The notes beneath the pieces are model-generated. The model was given only the letters and a program-made list of their open reading frames with translations. It had not been told where the DNA came from and ran no database searches. Position numbers and translations under genes: made by a program. Below, in pieces: positions 10,401 through 19,578 of a stretch of DNA of 64,000 nucleotides (position 1 is its first letter; the number at the start of each line of letters is the position of its first letter). Location of the stretch: assembly GCA_963804995.1 (NCBI GenBank), contig CAWDSK010000009.1, positions 326,168-390,167 of the forward strand, read 5' to 3'. Origin of the DNA: an uncultured Acidobacteriota bacterium. GTDB taxonomy: Bacteria; Acidobacteriota; Terriglobia; UBA7540.

Positions 10401-10776
10401 CGGTGACCTCAACTTGCTGGGTCACCTGTCCTACCTGCAGCTTCACGTTGATGGTAGGGCTGTCGTTGACCTGAAGTATGATTCCCGTCTGAACATAGGT
10501 TTGGAATCCGCTGACCTGTACTTCCAGCCTGTAAGGTCCAACGGGAAGATTGGGGAGCAGATAGGTACCATCCGCCCCGCTAACCGTTTCACGCGACACC
10601 TTCGTATTTGTCTGCGTGCCGATTACCTTCGCACCGGGGACGGCTGCCCCGCTGGGGTCCTCCACGGTGCCTGAAATCTGTGCGCTTGCCACGGCTTGGC
10701 CCCATAGACGTGGGGCATACCCAGTTAGTAGGAACAATGCGGCTACCAACAAAGGTCCCGCAATTCTTCTGGTCAT
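7468..10776 (-). CDS. TonB-dependent receptor, Oar-like, with carboxypeptidase-regulatory N-terminal domain
   Basis: ISGTVEDPSGAAVPGA, DLPLNGRN, TKSGTN and RNQFGG motifs; C-terminal PRILQFAMKYTF. AAGGAGG RBS precedes ATG 10776. Confidence 0.93.
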   Translation of the reverse strand: MTRRIAGPLLVAALFLLTGYAPRLWGQAVASAQISGTVEDPSGAAVPGAKVIGTQTNTKVSRETVSGADGTYLLPNLPVGPYRLEVQVSGFQTYVQTGIILQVNDSPTINVKLQVGQVTQQVEVTAGANMVQTQTTSVSQVIDERSVVDLPLNGRNALYLVILAGSANNIGPALTQANDLTGSKNWPTADSIAVAGGQPDATNYLMDGGDNNDSFSNINLPFPFPDALQEFSVQTNSLSARYGLHPGAVVNVVTKSGTNRVHGDLFEFLRNGDVNARNFFADTHDSLKRNQFGGTIGAPIKKDKLFGFFGYQGDRERTASPSSIAYVPTQAVLNGDWSAMESAACQSNGEARTIINPATQQPYTSNYVDPSTYNQQALNLLKYVPLSTDPCGMVTYAIPVPAREDEYIGRVDWTLSPKHNFFGRYYLADYESPAPFGGNVLVTTERGVIDRNHSFVLGDTYSISPTVLNSAHLTWSRLAITRGPALDYLSPTKLGVNMFSYFPDGLVVTVSGKFASGCSSCSPSYFNTNSYQFADDVDIMHGRHHLAFGGDVVRNQLNNQTGHLGDGLINFNGQFSNDALLDFLLGRDNSFRQGAPDPGDERELYIGAYAMDNVQVTKHFNLQVGLRYEPYLPMSELHHIGGTYFSPSAYLAGTKSKVFVNAPPGIFYIGDPGYPSNAFSFSRLSDLEPRVGLVWDPAGNGKQTIRVGYGIFYHTPQTFYYTDAGENSPWASAVNFTAPVGGFTNPYQGFPGGNPFPVPVVPSTNVPFFPSAYLTFPTQGLPTSMQQWDISYQRQLTPNWMVSATYVGNKTTHIWTGEAANPAVYIPGMCGGSPCSTEDNTAQRRLLYLENPVYGAQLSTLAVADDGSNGEYNSLFLSAQHRFSKNYTFLTNYTWSHCIDEGDFGGDINGPQNQNPYNRNADRGNCGFDLRHVFNMSFVATSPKFAGLWTNRLLGNWQFSPIVAIHSGIWYGVSSGLDNSLTAVGLDRANVVPGASNYVKDMNTRQWLNPAAFVPNTIGAFGNSGQAAQVGPGYFNVDAAVTRYFNVPRHESHRVELRFEFFNLFNHANFGTPDNNLQDSTFGVIQSASDPRILQFAMKYTF

Positions 10777-11184
10777 AAATGGGTACCTCCTTCGCAGATA
10801 TCCCAAATGATGGATTGTCTCGCCCACGGGATGTGGAGATCATTCGGTTACGTCGGATTCTGACCGGAAATCATTTCGACCTGCCAAAGGGTCTCACGCA
10901 AGGCACTAACTGTGGGCTGGTAAAGGGCGTGCATTTTGCGGCCCAAATCGATTACCACTTTACGGATTTCTCGCTGTAACAATAACTGATTGTAAATCAA
11001 TCGGATGGCGGGATCGGGAGGATGCAATGTTCTTTCCAATCAGTCATTTAGCCATGTGTTATTCTATAATTTGGATATGATTTTCAGTAGTAGGTATCTC
11101 TTTGCGAAATACAGAGGGTTTGATCGTATCTTCGGCAGGCAAGCAGAGTCAATCCCGGCGCAATAATCAAATGCCCCTGATTGT

Positions 11185-11247
11185 GCTGCCTGCCGCATTC
11201 TGCTTACCGCCTACTGCTTACTGCCTTCTGCATTCTGCCTGCTGCCT
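11185..11247. repeat. Degenerate heptamer repeats (CTGCCTA/CTGCTTA-like)
   Basis: ctgcctgccgcattctgcttaccgcctactgcttactgccttctgcattctgcctgctgcct. Confidence 0.7.
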
Positions 11248-11303
11248 ATCCCGACGGGTCGGGACTCGCACAAGTCGCTCGCTGCCCACCGGCCTCCATC
11301 CCC

Positions 11304-11349
11304 AAAAACGAAAAGCCCCTGGTTGTACGCTGACCGCACAACCAGGGGC
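11304..11349 (-). terminator. Rho-independent terminator
   Basis: 12-bp stem GCCCCTGGTTGT/ACAACCAGGGGC followed by TTTTCGTTTTT on the minus strand. Confidence 0.85.
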
Positions 11350-11468
11350 CCGGGTAACTGATGGGTTTGGCTTCCCGTTTTTCGATCGGGACGGCGCCCT
11401 GCAGCGCCTTGCCAGAAAACCCTCTCCCGCTAGAGAGAGGGACCCACGAATGCGCGCGTGCTTAGCGC

Positions 11469-11510
11469 CTAAGCCTCAGCACCCTCGCTACAGTAACTTT
11501 CGATCGACAT
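11469..11510 (-). CDS. Putative 13-aa peptide MSIESYCSEGAEA
   Basis: ATG directly follows AGAAAGGAGGTGATCC; the TAG stop lies in a GCTTAG/CTAAGC hairpin. Confidence 0.5.
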   Translation of the reverse strand: MSIESYCSEGAEA

Positions 11511-11538
11511 GGATCACCTCCTTTCTAGCGATGGGGCG

Positions 11539-11567
11539 ATAATAAGACTCCATGTCCGTCGAGTCAA
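11539..11567 (-). promoter_or_regulatory. Sigma70-type promoter
   Basis: TTGACT-N17-TATTAT. Confidence 0.75.
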
Positions 11568-11608
11568 GAGAAAAAAATGGCGAAAATAGGGCGAAAACCG
11601 CACGGAAA

Positions 11609-12332
11609 TCACACTTGGTACTGACCCGTGAGGGCGCGCCAACGTAGAACCAGTAAGTCCAAAATCATGAGCAGGGAGTCGCGGAGATAATGCACTCGGG
11701 TGGCGGGGTCGTTGTTCCAGCGCACGGGAACTTCCACGATCTTTCCTCCCAGGCGCTGGATGAGAAAGAGCACTTCTGGGTCGAAGCCGAAACCTTCCAC
11801 GCGTTGCAGCTCGAAGGCGCGTCGCGTGGTCTCGCGGCGAAAGAGTTTGAATCCGCACTGCGTGTCTTGGATGCGCAGTCCCGTGAACATCCGAACCAAA
11901 AGGTTGAAGAATCGTCCTCCCCATTCGCGGAACTGCGACTGGTGAATGCCGATCAGCTCCCGCTGCAACGCCCTGGAGCCCACGGCCACGTCGGCGCCGG
12001 AGGATTCGAGCGCCCTCAGCAGCTTGTCCGCTTCTGCGATGGGGGCGGAAAGGTCGGCATCGGTGAAGAGGATGAACTCGCCGCGCGCTTCCAGCACTCC
12101 GTGCCGAACTGAAAAGCCTTTGCCACGGTTGCGATCGTTGGGAAGCACTCGGACTTCCGGGTGGCGCGCTACAACTTGCACGGTGTCGTCCGTTCGAGCC
12201 GTCATCCACCACGATCAGTTCGCTAGAGAAATTCTTCGCGCCCAAATAGCCTCGAATCGCTTCAAGTGAGCTGTGGATGCGACCAGCCTCGTTATACGCG
12301 GGGATCACGACACTCAGGAACGGTTCGGACAT
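11609..12332 (-). pseudogene. GT2 glycosyltransferase (dolichyl-phosphate glucosyltransferase-like) with a +1 frameshift at about 12193
   Basis: SVVIPAYNE...VVDDGS lies in one frame, and TDDT...NRGKG...FTDAD...DTQCGFK in another. Removing one base joins them. May be a sequencing error. Confidence 0.85.
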
Positions 12333-12340
12333 GACGCATG

Positions 12341-12370
12341 ACTATACGGGAAGCGAGCCTCGCGAGTCAA
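12341..12370 (-). promoter_or_regulatory. Sigma70-type promoter, probably giving a leaderless GT2 mRNA
   Basis: TTGACT-N18-TATAGT ends 8 nt before ATG 12332; no SD sequence. Confidence 0.55.
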
Positions 12371-12413
12371 AAGGACGACGGCGGCTGGGGACACGGCTGA
12401 AACTTGCGAAACT

Positions 12414-12571
12414 TAGCCCTCTCCGAGGGGTCGCAGATTCGCCGTGGCGGAAGAGGGTGGACCGCAGCCGGCGTTCTCATCAGCCGGGGCGGGACGGGCC
12501 TACGCCCACCGAAGGGGCACATAGAGACTATAAACAACTTCGGCTTCGGCCCGCAGGCGGGTGAGGGGTCA
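12414..12571 (+). repeat. Dispersed palindromic repeat, family B
   Basis: AGCCCTCTCC...GAGGGTGGACCGC...CAGCCGGGGCGGGACGGG...GGGTGAGGGG. Other copies lie at about 17592, 36405, 37352 and 61948. Confidence 0.85.
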
Positions 12572-12638
12572 CTTGGGCGTTTGAGAATTCCAGGAATTCA
12601 AAGACCATAAGCCCGGCGCTACGGCCGCGGAAACTACC

Positions 12639-13310
12639 CTACCCATACCCCTGCGATTTTTCCGGCCACCCGCCTTTTCCAATCAAGGGGACGAACTGAC
12701 AAGCGTCGAGAAGATGGGTTTCCATTTTGCCGCCGTGTTTGATGACCAGCAGAAGATCCTGATAATACAAATCACCGACAGGAACAATCAGGCGACCCTC
12801 CTCGGCAAGTTGGTCGACCAGAGCCGATGAGACGCTCGGCGCCCCGGCCGTCACCATGATGAGGTTGTAGGGCGCCGACGCAGCCAGGCCCTCGCTGCCG
12901 TCGCCTAAGAAGACCTGTACGTTCCGAAAGCCCAGGCGAGCGAGGCGTTCGCGCGCTGCTTCGACCAGCCGGGGATTCCTTTCGATCGTATCGACCTCGG
13001 CTCCCAGGTAGGCCAGGATGGCAGCCTGGTATCCGCTGCCCGTACCCACTTCGAGCGCCCGGTCGCCGGGTTCGACGCGCGCCGCTTCCGTCATGGCCGC
13101 GACCATGTAGGGCTGCGAAATCGTCTCAAGATTCCCAATGGGCAAGGGACGATCCTCGTAAGCGGCCGCGGCAAGTTCCGGTGGAACGAATTCATGGCGG
13201 GGAACTTGCAGCATGGCCTCAAGCACGCGCTCATCGCGGATGCCTCGCCTGCGTAACTGCAACTCGATCATGTCGTGGGCGCGTTCTTCGAACTGCTTGG
13301 CGGTAATCAT
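12639..13310 (-). CDS. pcm: Protein-L-isoaspartate O-methyltransferase
   Basis: VPRHEFV, TISQPYMVA, LEVGTGSGYQAA and FVPLIG motifs. Confidence 0.95.
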   Translation of the reverse strand: MITAKQFEERAHDMIELQLRRRGIRDERVLEAMLQVPRHEFVPPELAAAAYEDRPLPIGNLETISQPYMVAAMTEAARVEPGDRALEVGTGSGYQAAILAYLGAEVDTIERNPRLVEAARERLARLGFRNVQVFLGDGSEGLAASAPYNLIMVTAGAPSVSSALVDQLAEEGRLIVPVGDLYYQDLLLVIKHGGKMETHLLDACQFVPLIGKGGWPEKSQGYG

Positions 13311-13596
13311 GTGAAACTGGCGGAAACAATTCACCCGCCTGTTGCTGGCGCTTGCGGCTGGGTCTACCTGCAACCTTCGGCTAATGCCTATCATCCCTCC
13401 GGCGAGGGAGCACGTCCAGTCCATAATCGCCGTCATGGATTCAGCGAGTTTTGCGCTGCAAGTCCGAAAACCTTTGTAGTTTTAGCACTATCTTTGTACC
13501 ATTTGAGGTATTACGAAAACAAGAATGGCGCGGTCGTTTGGTTGGGGCTCGACCGCCTTGCGCCACCCGCTTCGAGAGTCTACGGTCCTTAATAAA

Positions 13597-13800
13597 GTTG
13601 GTGTGCGAATCGGAGGTGGAAAATCTGCCCGCCCGGCTCGATGAGGGGTGAAATGGTCGGGCTCGGCATCGCCTAGTCGCCTGCTCAACATTGGCAGGCC
13701 CACGACTTTTTGTCATTAGTGGGACAGTCCCACTTGTTGCTCTCCGCGCGGTTGCGCGCGCGAGGTCCCACCAACTTTCCGGGTTCCATGCGTTTTTCCG
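13597..13800. repeat. ~200-bp element homologous to 40117-40320
   Basis: Shared blocks GTCGGGCTCGGCATC, CCCACGACTTTTTGTCA, TGTTGCTCTCCGCG, GCGAGGTCCCAC and CATGCGTTTT. Confidence 0.75.
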
Positions 13801-13983
13801 TTGATTTTTCGTCAAGGGCTCCAGCGCGCTTAACTTCAAAGAGTGACTCCGCATAACGACATTCGGTGACTGCCAATCCGCACGGCACTACGTTTGGAAT
13901 GGGAGCGTATAATTGTATGGGTTGGGCAACGGCAAGACCGCGAACGCATGTGACGTCGTTTATCCCGGAAGGTTGAATTAGCA

Positions 13984-14997
13984 ATGAATGCTGAGAAGTA
14001 TTCGCGACAGATCCTTTTTTCGCGCATCGGGGCGGAAGGGCAAAAGCGATTGCTGCAATCGCGGGCTGTGATACTGGGCTGCGGCGCGTTGGGGACTGCG
14101 CAGGCCAATGCTCTGGTACGCGCCGGCGTGGGAACCTTGCGGATTGTGGATCGCGACTTCGTCGAAGAGTCGAACCTGCAACGTCAGATGCTTTTTGACG
14201 AAGCCGATGCGCGCGAGAGTTTGCCCAAGGCGGTGGCCGCGGCGCGGAAGCTCCGGCAAATCAATTCGGATGTGCGCGTGGAAGGTATTGTCGCTGACGC
14301 CGACAGCCGCAACATCGAGGAATTCATCGAGGGCTTCCAGGTCGTGCTGGATGCGACGGACAATTTCGAAGCGCGTTTTCTGCTGAATGACGCGGCGGTG
14401 AAAATGGAGATCCCCTGGGTGTATGGCGCCGTCGTAGCCAGTTACGCGGCCTCGATGACCATCCTTCCCGGGCGAACGGCGTGTCTGGCTTGTGTGTTTC
14501 CCAAATCTCCCCGGGGGATGCACGAGACTTGTGACACGGTGGGCGTGATCAGTCCGGCTGTCTCCTGGGCCGCGGCAATCCAGGTGACGGAAGCGCTCAA
14601 GATTCTGCTGGGTCGCGAAGACGAGTTGCACGGTTCGTTGCTCGCCTACGATGTTTGGAGCAACCACTATCAACAGGTGAAGCCCCAGCGGGATTCCGCA
14701 TGCCGGGTTTGTGTGGCCCACGAGTTTGCTCATCTGGAGCTCGGTGGGCCAACGCACCTCAGCCTGTGCGGCCGGAACTCCGTGCAGATTCATCAAGCCG
14801 AGTCGCGGTCGCTCGACCTCGAAGCGCTGAAAATACGGCTCGAGCAATTCGGACCGGTACGCGCCAATGAGTTCCTGCTCAAATGCTTCCTTGACCCCTA
14901 CGAGTTGACGATCTTTCCCGATGGCCGCGCCATCGTGAAGGGAACCCAGGACACCGCCGTGGCCCGCGCCATCTATGCCCGCTACATTGGCTCCTGA
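13984..14997 (+). CDS. ThiF/MoeB family adenylyltransferase
   Basis: YSRQI, GCGALG, DRDFVEESNLQRQ, CLAC, ETCDTVG and CRVC motifs. Confidence 0.93.
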   Translation: MNAEKYSRQILFSRIGAEGQKRLLQSRAVILGCGALGTAQANALVRAGVGTLRIVDRDFVEESNLQRQMLFDEADARESLPKAVAAARKLRQINSDVRVEGIVADADSRNIEEFIEGFQVVLDATDNFEARFLLNDAAVKMEIPWVYGAVVASYAASMTILPGRTACLACVFPKSPRGMHETCDTVGVISPAVSWAAAIQVTEALKILLGREDELHGSLLAYDVWSNHYQQVKPQRDSACRVCVAHEFAHLELGGPTHLSLCGRNSVQIHQAESRSLDLEALKIRLEQFGPVRANEFLLKCFLDPYELTIFPDGRAIVKGTQDTAVARAIYARYIGS

Positions 14998-15137
14998 AAC
15001 GAATCAGGCGCAGATTGATTCGCCGCACCACGTGGTGAAGGCCTCGCCCCCCTTTGATTCGAAATGTTATACTGACCCCCCTTTTATTGAAACACCCGAA
15101 TCTTCAGAGGCTACCTGCGGATAAGGAGAGTAGAGGA

Positions 15138-17537
15138 ATGATTGGCTTTTTCCTGGGATTGGGTCTGATGTGCGCCTGCACTTTGATGTACGAAATCACT
15201 TTGACCCGCTTACTGAGCGTGACGTGCTGGTACTACCTCGCGTTCGTATCGGTTTCGATGGCGATGTTCGGGATGACGGCGGGCGCGCTCACGGTGCAGC
15301 TCCATCCCGCGCTGTTTGATCCGAAGCAGGTGCGATTACGTATGGCCCAGGCGTCTTTTGCCATGGCCGTGTCGATGCCCATTGTCCTGATGATCATGTT
15401 CACCATTCCGCTTGATGTTTCCTTTGCCCTCCAAACGGTTTCGAGCTTCCTGATCTTCTGCTCCATCATCGCCGTCCCCTTCTTCGGTGCGGGAATTGTT
15501 GTCTGCCTCTCCCTCACCAAGGCTTCCGCTCCCATTGGGCGGGTTTACTTCGCTGACCTGATGGGCGCGGCGGCAGGATGTTTCGGCTCGGTGATTCTCT
15601 TGAATCTGATTGACGCTCCGAGCGCCGTCCTGGTCATTTCCGCCCTGGTCTTTTTGAGCGCCTCAGCCTACGCTCATTTCGCAAACCAACCGCAACTTCA
15701 GAGGCGCAGCTACATTTGGGCGGGTGTGCTGGTGGTGCTGGCGGCCCTGAACGCTTCGACAGTTCATGGAATTCAGCCCATCTGGTCCAAAGGCCGGATC
15801 GACCGGCGCAGCCACATTCTCTACGAGGCGTGGAACCCGATTTCCCGGATCCGAGCTGTGGACCCGGTGATGGAGTCTCAATTCGGAGGTCCCCAGACGC
15901 CGCTAATCTCGAAGGAACGAATCTATGTGGACATCGACAATGATGCCGCCACTTGGATTTTTCCTTTCCGGGGCGATCTTAAAGAGGTGGATTTTCTCCG
16001 CTACGGAGTGAACTCCCTGGGGGAGCGATTGCGGGCGGGGGGCAGCGCTGCGATCATGGGTGTGGGCGGGGGGCAAGACGTCTTGTCCTGCGCTCTTTAC
16101 GGTTTTCGCCGCATCGTGGGAATTGAGATCAATCACACCATTGTGAATATCACCTCACAACGCCTCGCGTGGTATTCAGGCTTCGGCAAAATCCCCAACT
16201 TTGAGTTGCACAACGATGAAGCCCGCAGTTACCTGACTCGCACGCATGAGGATTTCGACCTGATTCAGGCTACCCTGGTCGATACCTGGGCCGCCACCGC
16301 CGCCGGAGCCATGGCCCTCACGGAGAACTCACTTTATACGCTGGAGGCGTGGCAAATCTTTTACCGCCATCTCAAGCCGGGCGGCGTCATCGCATTCAGC
16401 CGCTGGAACCATAAACCCGATTTTCACGAAAGCACCCGCCTTTTCTCCTTGGCATACGCCACCCTGCTCAGCGAAGGCATTCAGGACCCGGAAAGTCACC
16501 TGGCCATGATCGAGCAGGAGGAATTGGCCACCCTCCTAGTAAGCAACCAACCTTTCAGCCCACAGGATCTGGAAAAGATTCGCTCGACAGCCAAGGAATT
16601 GAAAGGCGTGATTCTTTATCTGCCCGGGGAAGAATTGGGGATGCAGCAGTTGACGCCGGTATTGCAGGCGCGCACCCTCCAAGGTTTGGCGGCGCTACGT
16701 TCCAAGGCTTATTTTGATCTTTCTCCGCCCTCCGATTCTTCCCCATACTTTTTCAGCTTTGTGCGTTTCCACGCCATTCCGGCAATCCTGCGAATTCCTG
16801 GCGTTGATGAGAAGGTGCTTCTTCCGCTTTTGCATTTAACCATTTTCATGGTGGCCGCCTTGATTCTCGTGGCCCTGACCATCGTGTGGCCTGCCAGCCG
16901 CTGGGCGCGATTGCAGCAAGGAGCAGCCCCCGCGCCGGCGGGTGCCATCCTCTACTTCATCGGAATCGGTCTGGGATTCATGCTGGCGGAAATGGGGATG
17001 ATGCAACAGCTCTCGATCTTTCTCGGGCAACCCATGTACTCGCTGGTCGTGGTGCTGGCGGGGCTGATTCTTTCCGCGGGCTTGGGTAGCTTCGTGTCCG
17101 ATCGAATCCAGTTGGGCACAGCCTGGATGGGTCGAATGCCCGCGCTCGCTTCCGGCTTGGTGATTCTACTTTATTCTGCTGGGGTCCTACCCGCGATTCA
17201 CTCGGCAGTGGCAGGAGTGCTGTGGCAGCGCGTGGCGGTCTGCCTGGCGTTGGTGCTTCCTTGCGGTTTCGTGATGGGCTTCTGCTTCCCGGTCGGAATG
17301 CGTTGGGCCACCGAACTCGGCCAAGAGGGAAATCTACCTTGGATGTGGGCGCTGAACGGTGCAGCCTCTGTCCTGGCCACCTTCATTGCCATGTGCATCT
17401 CGACGGAGATCAGCATTCGCGCCTGCGTGCTGACGGGCGCGGTCTGCTATGCGCTGGCCGGAATCCTTCTCCCCGGAAGGCGCGAGTCAATCCCAGCCAA
17501 GCCGCTGATCGCAACGGAAGCGAGGGTGGAGGGCTAG
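15138..17537 (+). CDS. Multi-TM membrane protein with a spermidine-synthase-like SAM-dependent domain
   Basis: N- and C-terminal TM bundles; GVGGGQD, GIEIN and SLYTLEA..LKPGG motifs. Confidence 0.85.
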   Translation: MIGFFLGLGLMCACTLMYEITLTRLLSVTCWYYLAFVSVSMAMFGMTAGALTVQLHPALFDPKQVRLRMAQASFAMAVSMPIVLMIMFTIPLDVSFALQTVSSFLIFCSIIAVPFFGAGIVVCLSLTKASAPIGRVYFADLMGAAAGCFGSVILLNLIDAPSAVLVISALVFLSASAYAHFANQPQLQRRSYIWAGVLVVLAALNASTVHGIQPIWSKGRIDRRSHILYEAWNPISRIRAVDPVMESQFGGPQTPLISKERIYVDIDNDAATWIFPFRGDLKEVDFLRYGVNSLGERLRAGGSAAIMGVGGGQDVLSCALYGFRRIVGIEINHTIVNITSQRLAWYSGFGKIPNFELHNDEARSYLTRTHEDFDLIQATLVDTWAATAAGAMALTENSLYTLEAWQIFYRHLKPGGVIAFSRWNHKPDFHESTRLFSLAYATLLSEGIQDPESHLAMIEQEELATLLVSNQPFSPQDLEKIRSTAKELKGVILYLPGEELGMQQLTPVLQARTLQGLAALRSKAYFDLSPPSDSSPYFFSFVRFHAIPAILRIPGVDEKVLLPLLHLTIFMVAALILVALTIVWPASRWARLQQGAAPAPAGAILYFIGIGLGFMLAEMGMMQQLSIFLGQPMYSLVVVLAGLILSAGLGSFVSDRIQLGTAWMGRMPALASGLVILLYSAGVLPAIHSAVAGVLWQRVAVCLALVLPCGFVMGFCFPVGMRWATELGQEGNLPWMWALNGAASVLATFIAMCISTEISIRACVLTGAVCYALAGILLPGRRESIPAKPLIATEARVEG

Positions 17538-17591
17538 TCCCAATATTGTTCAATTAAGCTTTTTTAGGGGGATGGGCTTGCGTTCGATGTC

Positions 17592-17743
17592 ATGACCCCC
17601 CTCACCCGCCTGCGGGCCGAAGCTGAAGTTGTTTACGGCTCCCAGATGCCCCTTCGGTGGGCGTAGGCCCGTCCCGCTCCGGCTGATGAAAACGCCGGCC
17701 GCGGTCCACCCTCTCCCCCAAACGGGAGAGGGCAATGAATTCA
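17592..17743 (-). repeat. Family B repeat (inverted copy)
   Basis: Reverse complement of 12414-12571. Confidence 0.85.
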
Positions 17744-17887
17744 AAAGTTATGGTGGGAGCATAGATTCAAGGAAGTCGAAAGCTCTGAAAAAATTGAAGG
17801 GAGAATTGGGGCGGCGTTTCGCGCGCGGGACACTAAGAGACGTGCTGCCCCACAGCAGTGCGGCAAGAATGCATGTCGCCAAGAACC

Positions 17888-18568
17888 TCAGTCGCGGGCG
17901 CCGCGCAAATGGTTTGCCGCGCTGGTCGCGGAGGCACTATGCGTGATCTCCAGCGCTCGCGTCAACTGGTAGTTGAGCTGAGTCCCTGCCGGAATCGTCA
18001 AATCCTTACCTCTCCGGCGCAGGCGATCGATGGTGGTTGCCGTGGCGCCAAACGTGGCCCCGATAAAGGGGTGAGCGAATATCAAACCTACCAGTGTGCC
18101 GCCGACAGTTCCTGCCCCGATCTCTTTGGCATCGGCGACGCGTGAACTTGGGCCCTTGACGAGCCCTTCATTGCCGACCACCTTCGCGTGCTCCGCTCCA
18201 TAGGCGGTCATCAGGACGGCGCTGAGAGGAAAGGTGCGGCCATCGGGAAACGAGATGTGCTCCACATCCAGCCGCATCTGGCCAACGCCCTTGATGCGCC
18301 CGGGCTTGTCCATTTGCGCGATGCGCCCCTGAAGCGTCGCGCCGGCGGGAATCATCTCGCGGCCATCGAGCATGACGGGCTCAGAGACGCTGGCGGCGAA
18401 AGCATCACCTTGGAAATTGAGTTTGGTGGTCAGAGTCTCGGTGACGCGGCAATGCAGCATGGTTCCGGCGGGGATGGAGAGCGACTCTCCTTTCGCCGGT
18501 GATTCTGCAAATGCCAGTGGGATGCCTGCGGCGGCAAGTAAAACGGCCAGCAAAGCGCGCTTGACCAT
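17888..18568 (-). CDS. Secreted hypothetical protein, TrbI/VirB10-like beta domain
   Basis: Signal peptide; IPAGT repeats; GDAFAA..IPAGATLQG; glycine zipper; AGGAGG RBS. Confidence 0.7.
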   Translation of the reverse strand: MVKRALLAVLLAAAGIPLAFAESPAKGESLSIPAGTMLHCRVTETLTTKLNFQGDAFAASVSEPVMLDGREMIPAGATLQGRIAQMDKPGRIKGVGQMRLDVEHISFPDGRTFPLSAVLMTAYGAEHAKVVGNEGLVKGPSSRVADAKEIGAGTVGGTLVGLIFAHPFIGATFGATATTIDRLRRRGKDLTIPAGTQLNYQLTRALEITHSASATSAANHLRGARD

Positions 18569-18699
18569 AGTAGACCTCCTTAAGGTCACTACCTGGCCGG
18601 ACCTGGCGCTTTATCCAGCTTGATTCGAACGGCGAGTGCGGGCTGCGAAAGCAAGCAGGAGACCCGCTCACGGTGAACGGGTCCCCCCCTCGGAAGCTC

Positions 18700-19578
18700 T
18701 TAGTGCGTTCCCTCCGAACGCGAGGCAACCTGGGTAACACCCTTCGGGGTGCTGACGTAACCCTTCACCTGACTGGATTCTACACTATTAACCACCAATT
18801 CATAGGGTTTTTTTGAGCCATTCACGTAGAAGATGATGGGCTCGTTGACACTCCGGTCCTTCTTCTCAACCTGCATGTTGTCTACCGTAAGCGCCACGTT
18901 GAAGCGATAGCGCTTCACATTGGTTCTCTTCAGGTCCAGGCCTACACCCGCCACGGTGGTGGGGTGATTCCTTTCAAGAGTGAATTCGACGTAGTCACGC
19001 TCACCCAGCTTGCGCAGGTATTCTATGTCGTCATGGTTTCGCGCGATGAGCGTGCCCAGTTCGCTGCGGGCCATTCCCAAATCGCCTGACAACGTGGTAA
19101 CGGCTTTCTTGGTCGTGTCGAGATCTACCTTGGTGGAAGAAACGTCCTGGGTCAACGCGCCAAGCTGCTGCTGGTCAGCCTTCGTGGCCAGTTCTTCAGC
19201 TTGCTTGCGCTGCTGGTCCTGGAGCTCAGTCACCATGGCGCGGGCGCGTTTCAACTCGCCTCCCTGTGAGCCCAAGTGCTTCGCCGCCTGGTCAAGCTCC
19301 GTTTTGACGGCGTCCAGTTGCCGTGCATCCTGCTCTTCGAGAGCCGTCAGGCGGGTCGAAACTTCTTGCTGAAATTGGGTGGTCAACTCGCTACGCATCT
19401 GGCTTTGCTGCGCCACCAACGCTTGACGCGTTGAGCTTAGCTTGTCGACGGTATAAAACTCTCCCACGGCCAAGGCCGCGAGGACGAGGGTAATCACCAG
19501 CAATTGAATGCCGTGACTCGATTGTCCGGCGGGTTCCACCGAAACGCTTTCCTGTTTTGGGATGTTGTCGATCGCCAT
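18700..19578 (-). CDS. Membrane-anchored coiled-coil hypothetical protein
   Basis: Single TM, long Q/E/L heptads and a beta-rich C-terminus; AAGGAG RBS. Confidence 0.8.
   Translation of the reverse strand: MAIDNIPKQESVSVEPAGQSSHGIQLLVITLVLAALAVGEFYTVDKLSSTRQALVAQQSQMRSELTTQFQQEVSTRLTALEEQDARQLDAVKTELDQAAKHLGSQGGELKRARAMVTELQDQQRKQAEELATKADQQQLGALTQDVSSTKVDLDTTKKAVTTLSGDLGMARSELGTLIARNHDDIEYLRKLGERDYVEFTLERNHPTTVAGVGLDLKRTNVKRYRFNVALTVDNMQVEKKDRSVNEPIIFYVNGSKKPYELVVNSVESSQVKGYVSTPKGVTQVASRSEGTH

Larger units (their letters stand above)
11304..11532 (-). ncRNA. Putative structured small RNA or leader with sORF
   Basis: Bounded by a sigma70-like promoter and a terminator, with several nested hairpins inside. 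Confidence 0.6.

Noticed and set aside
11510..11527. 16S rRNA gene (GGATCACCTCCTTT)
   Set aside because: Only 17 nt match and the upstream sequence lacks the conserved 16S 3' region. It reads better as an extended SD on the minus strand.
13984..14997. E1-like defence or RiPP system
   Set aside because: Ordinary ThiF/MoeB sequence with no E2, JAB, ubiquitin-like or precursor gene adjacent.
17888..18568. Type IV secretion locus
   Set aside because: Only an isolated VirB10-like domain; no other vir/trb genes.
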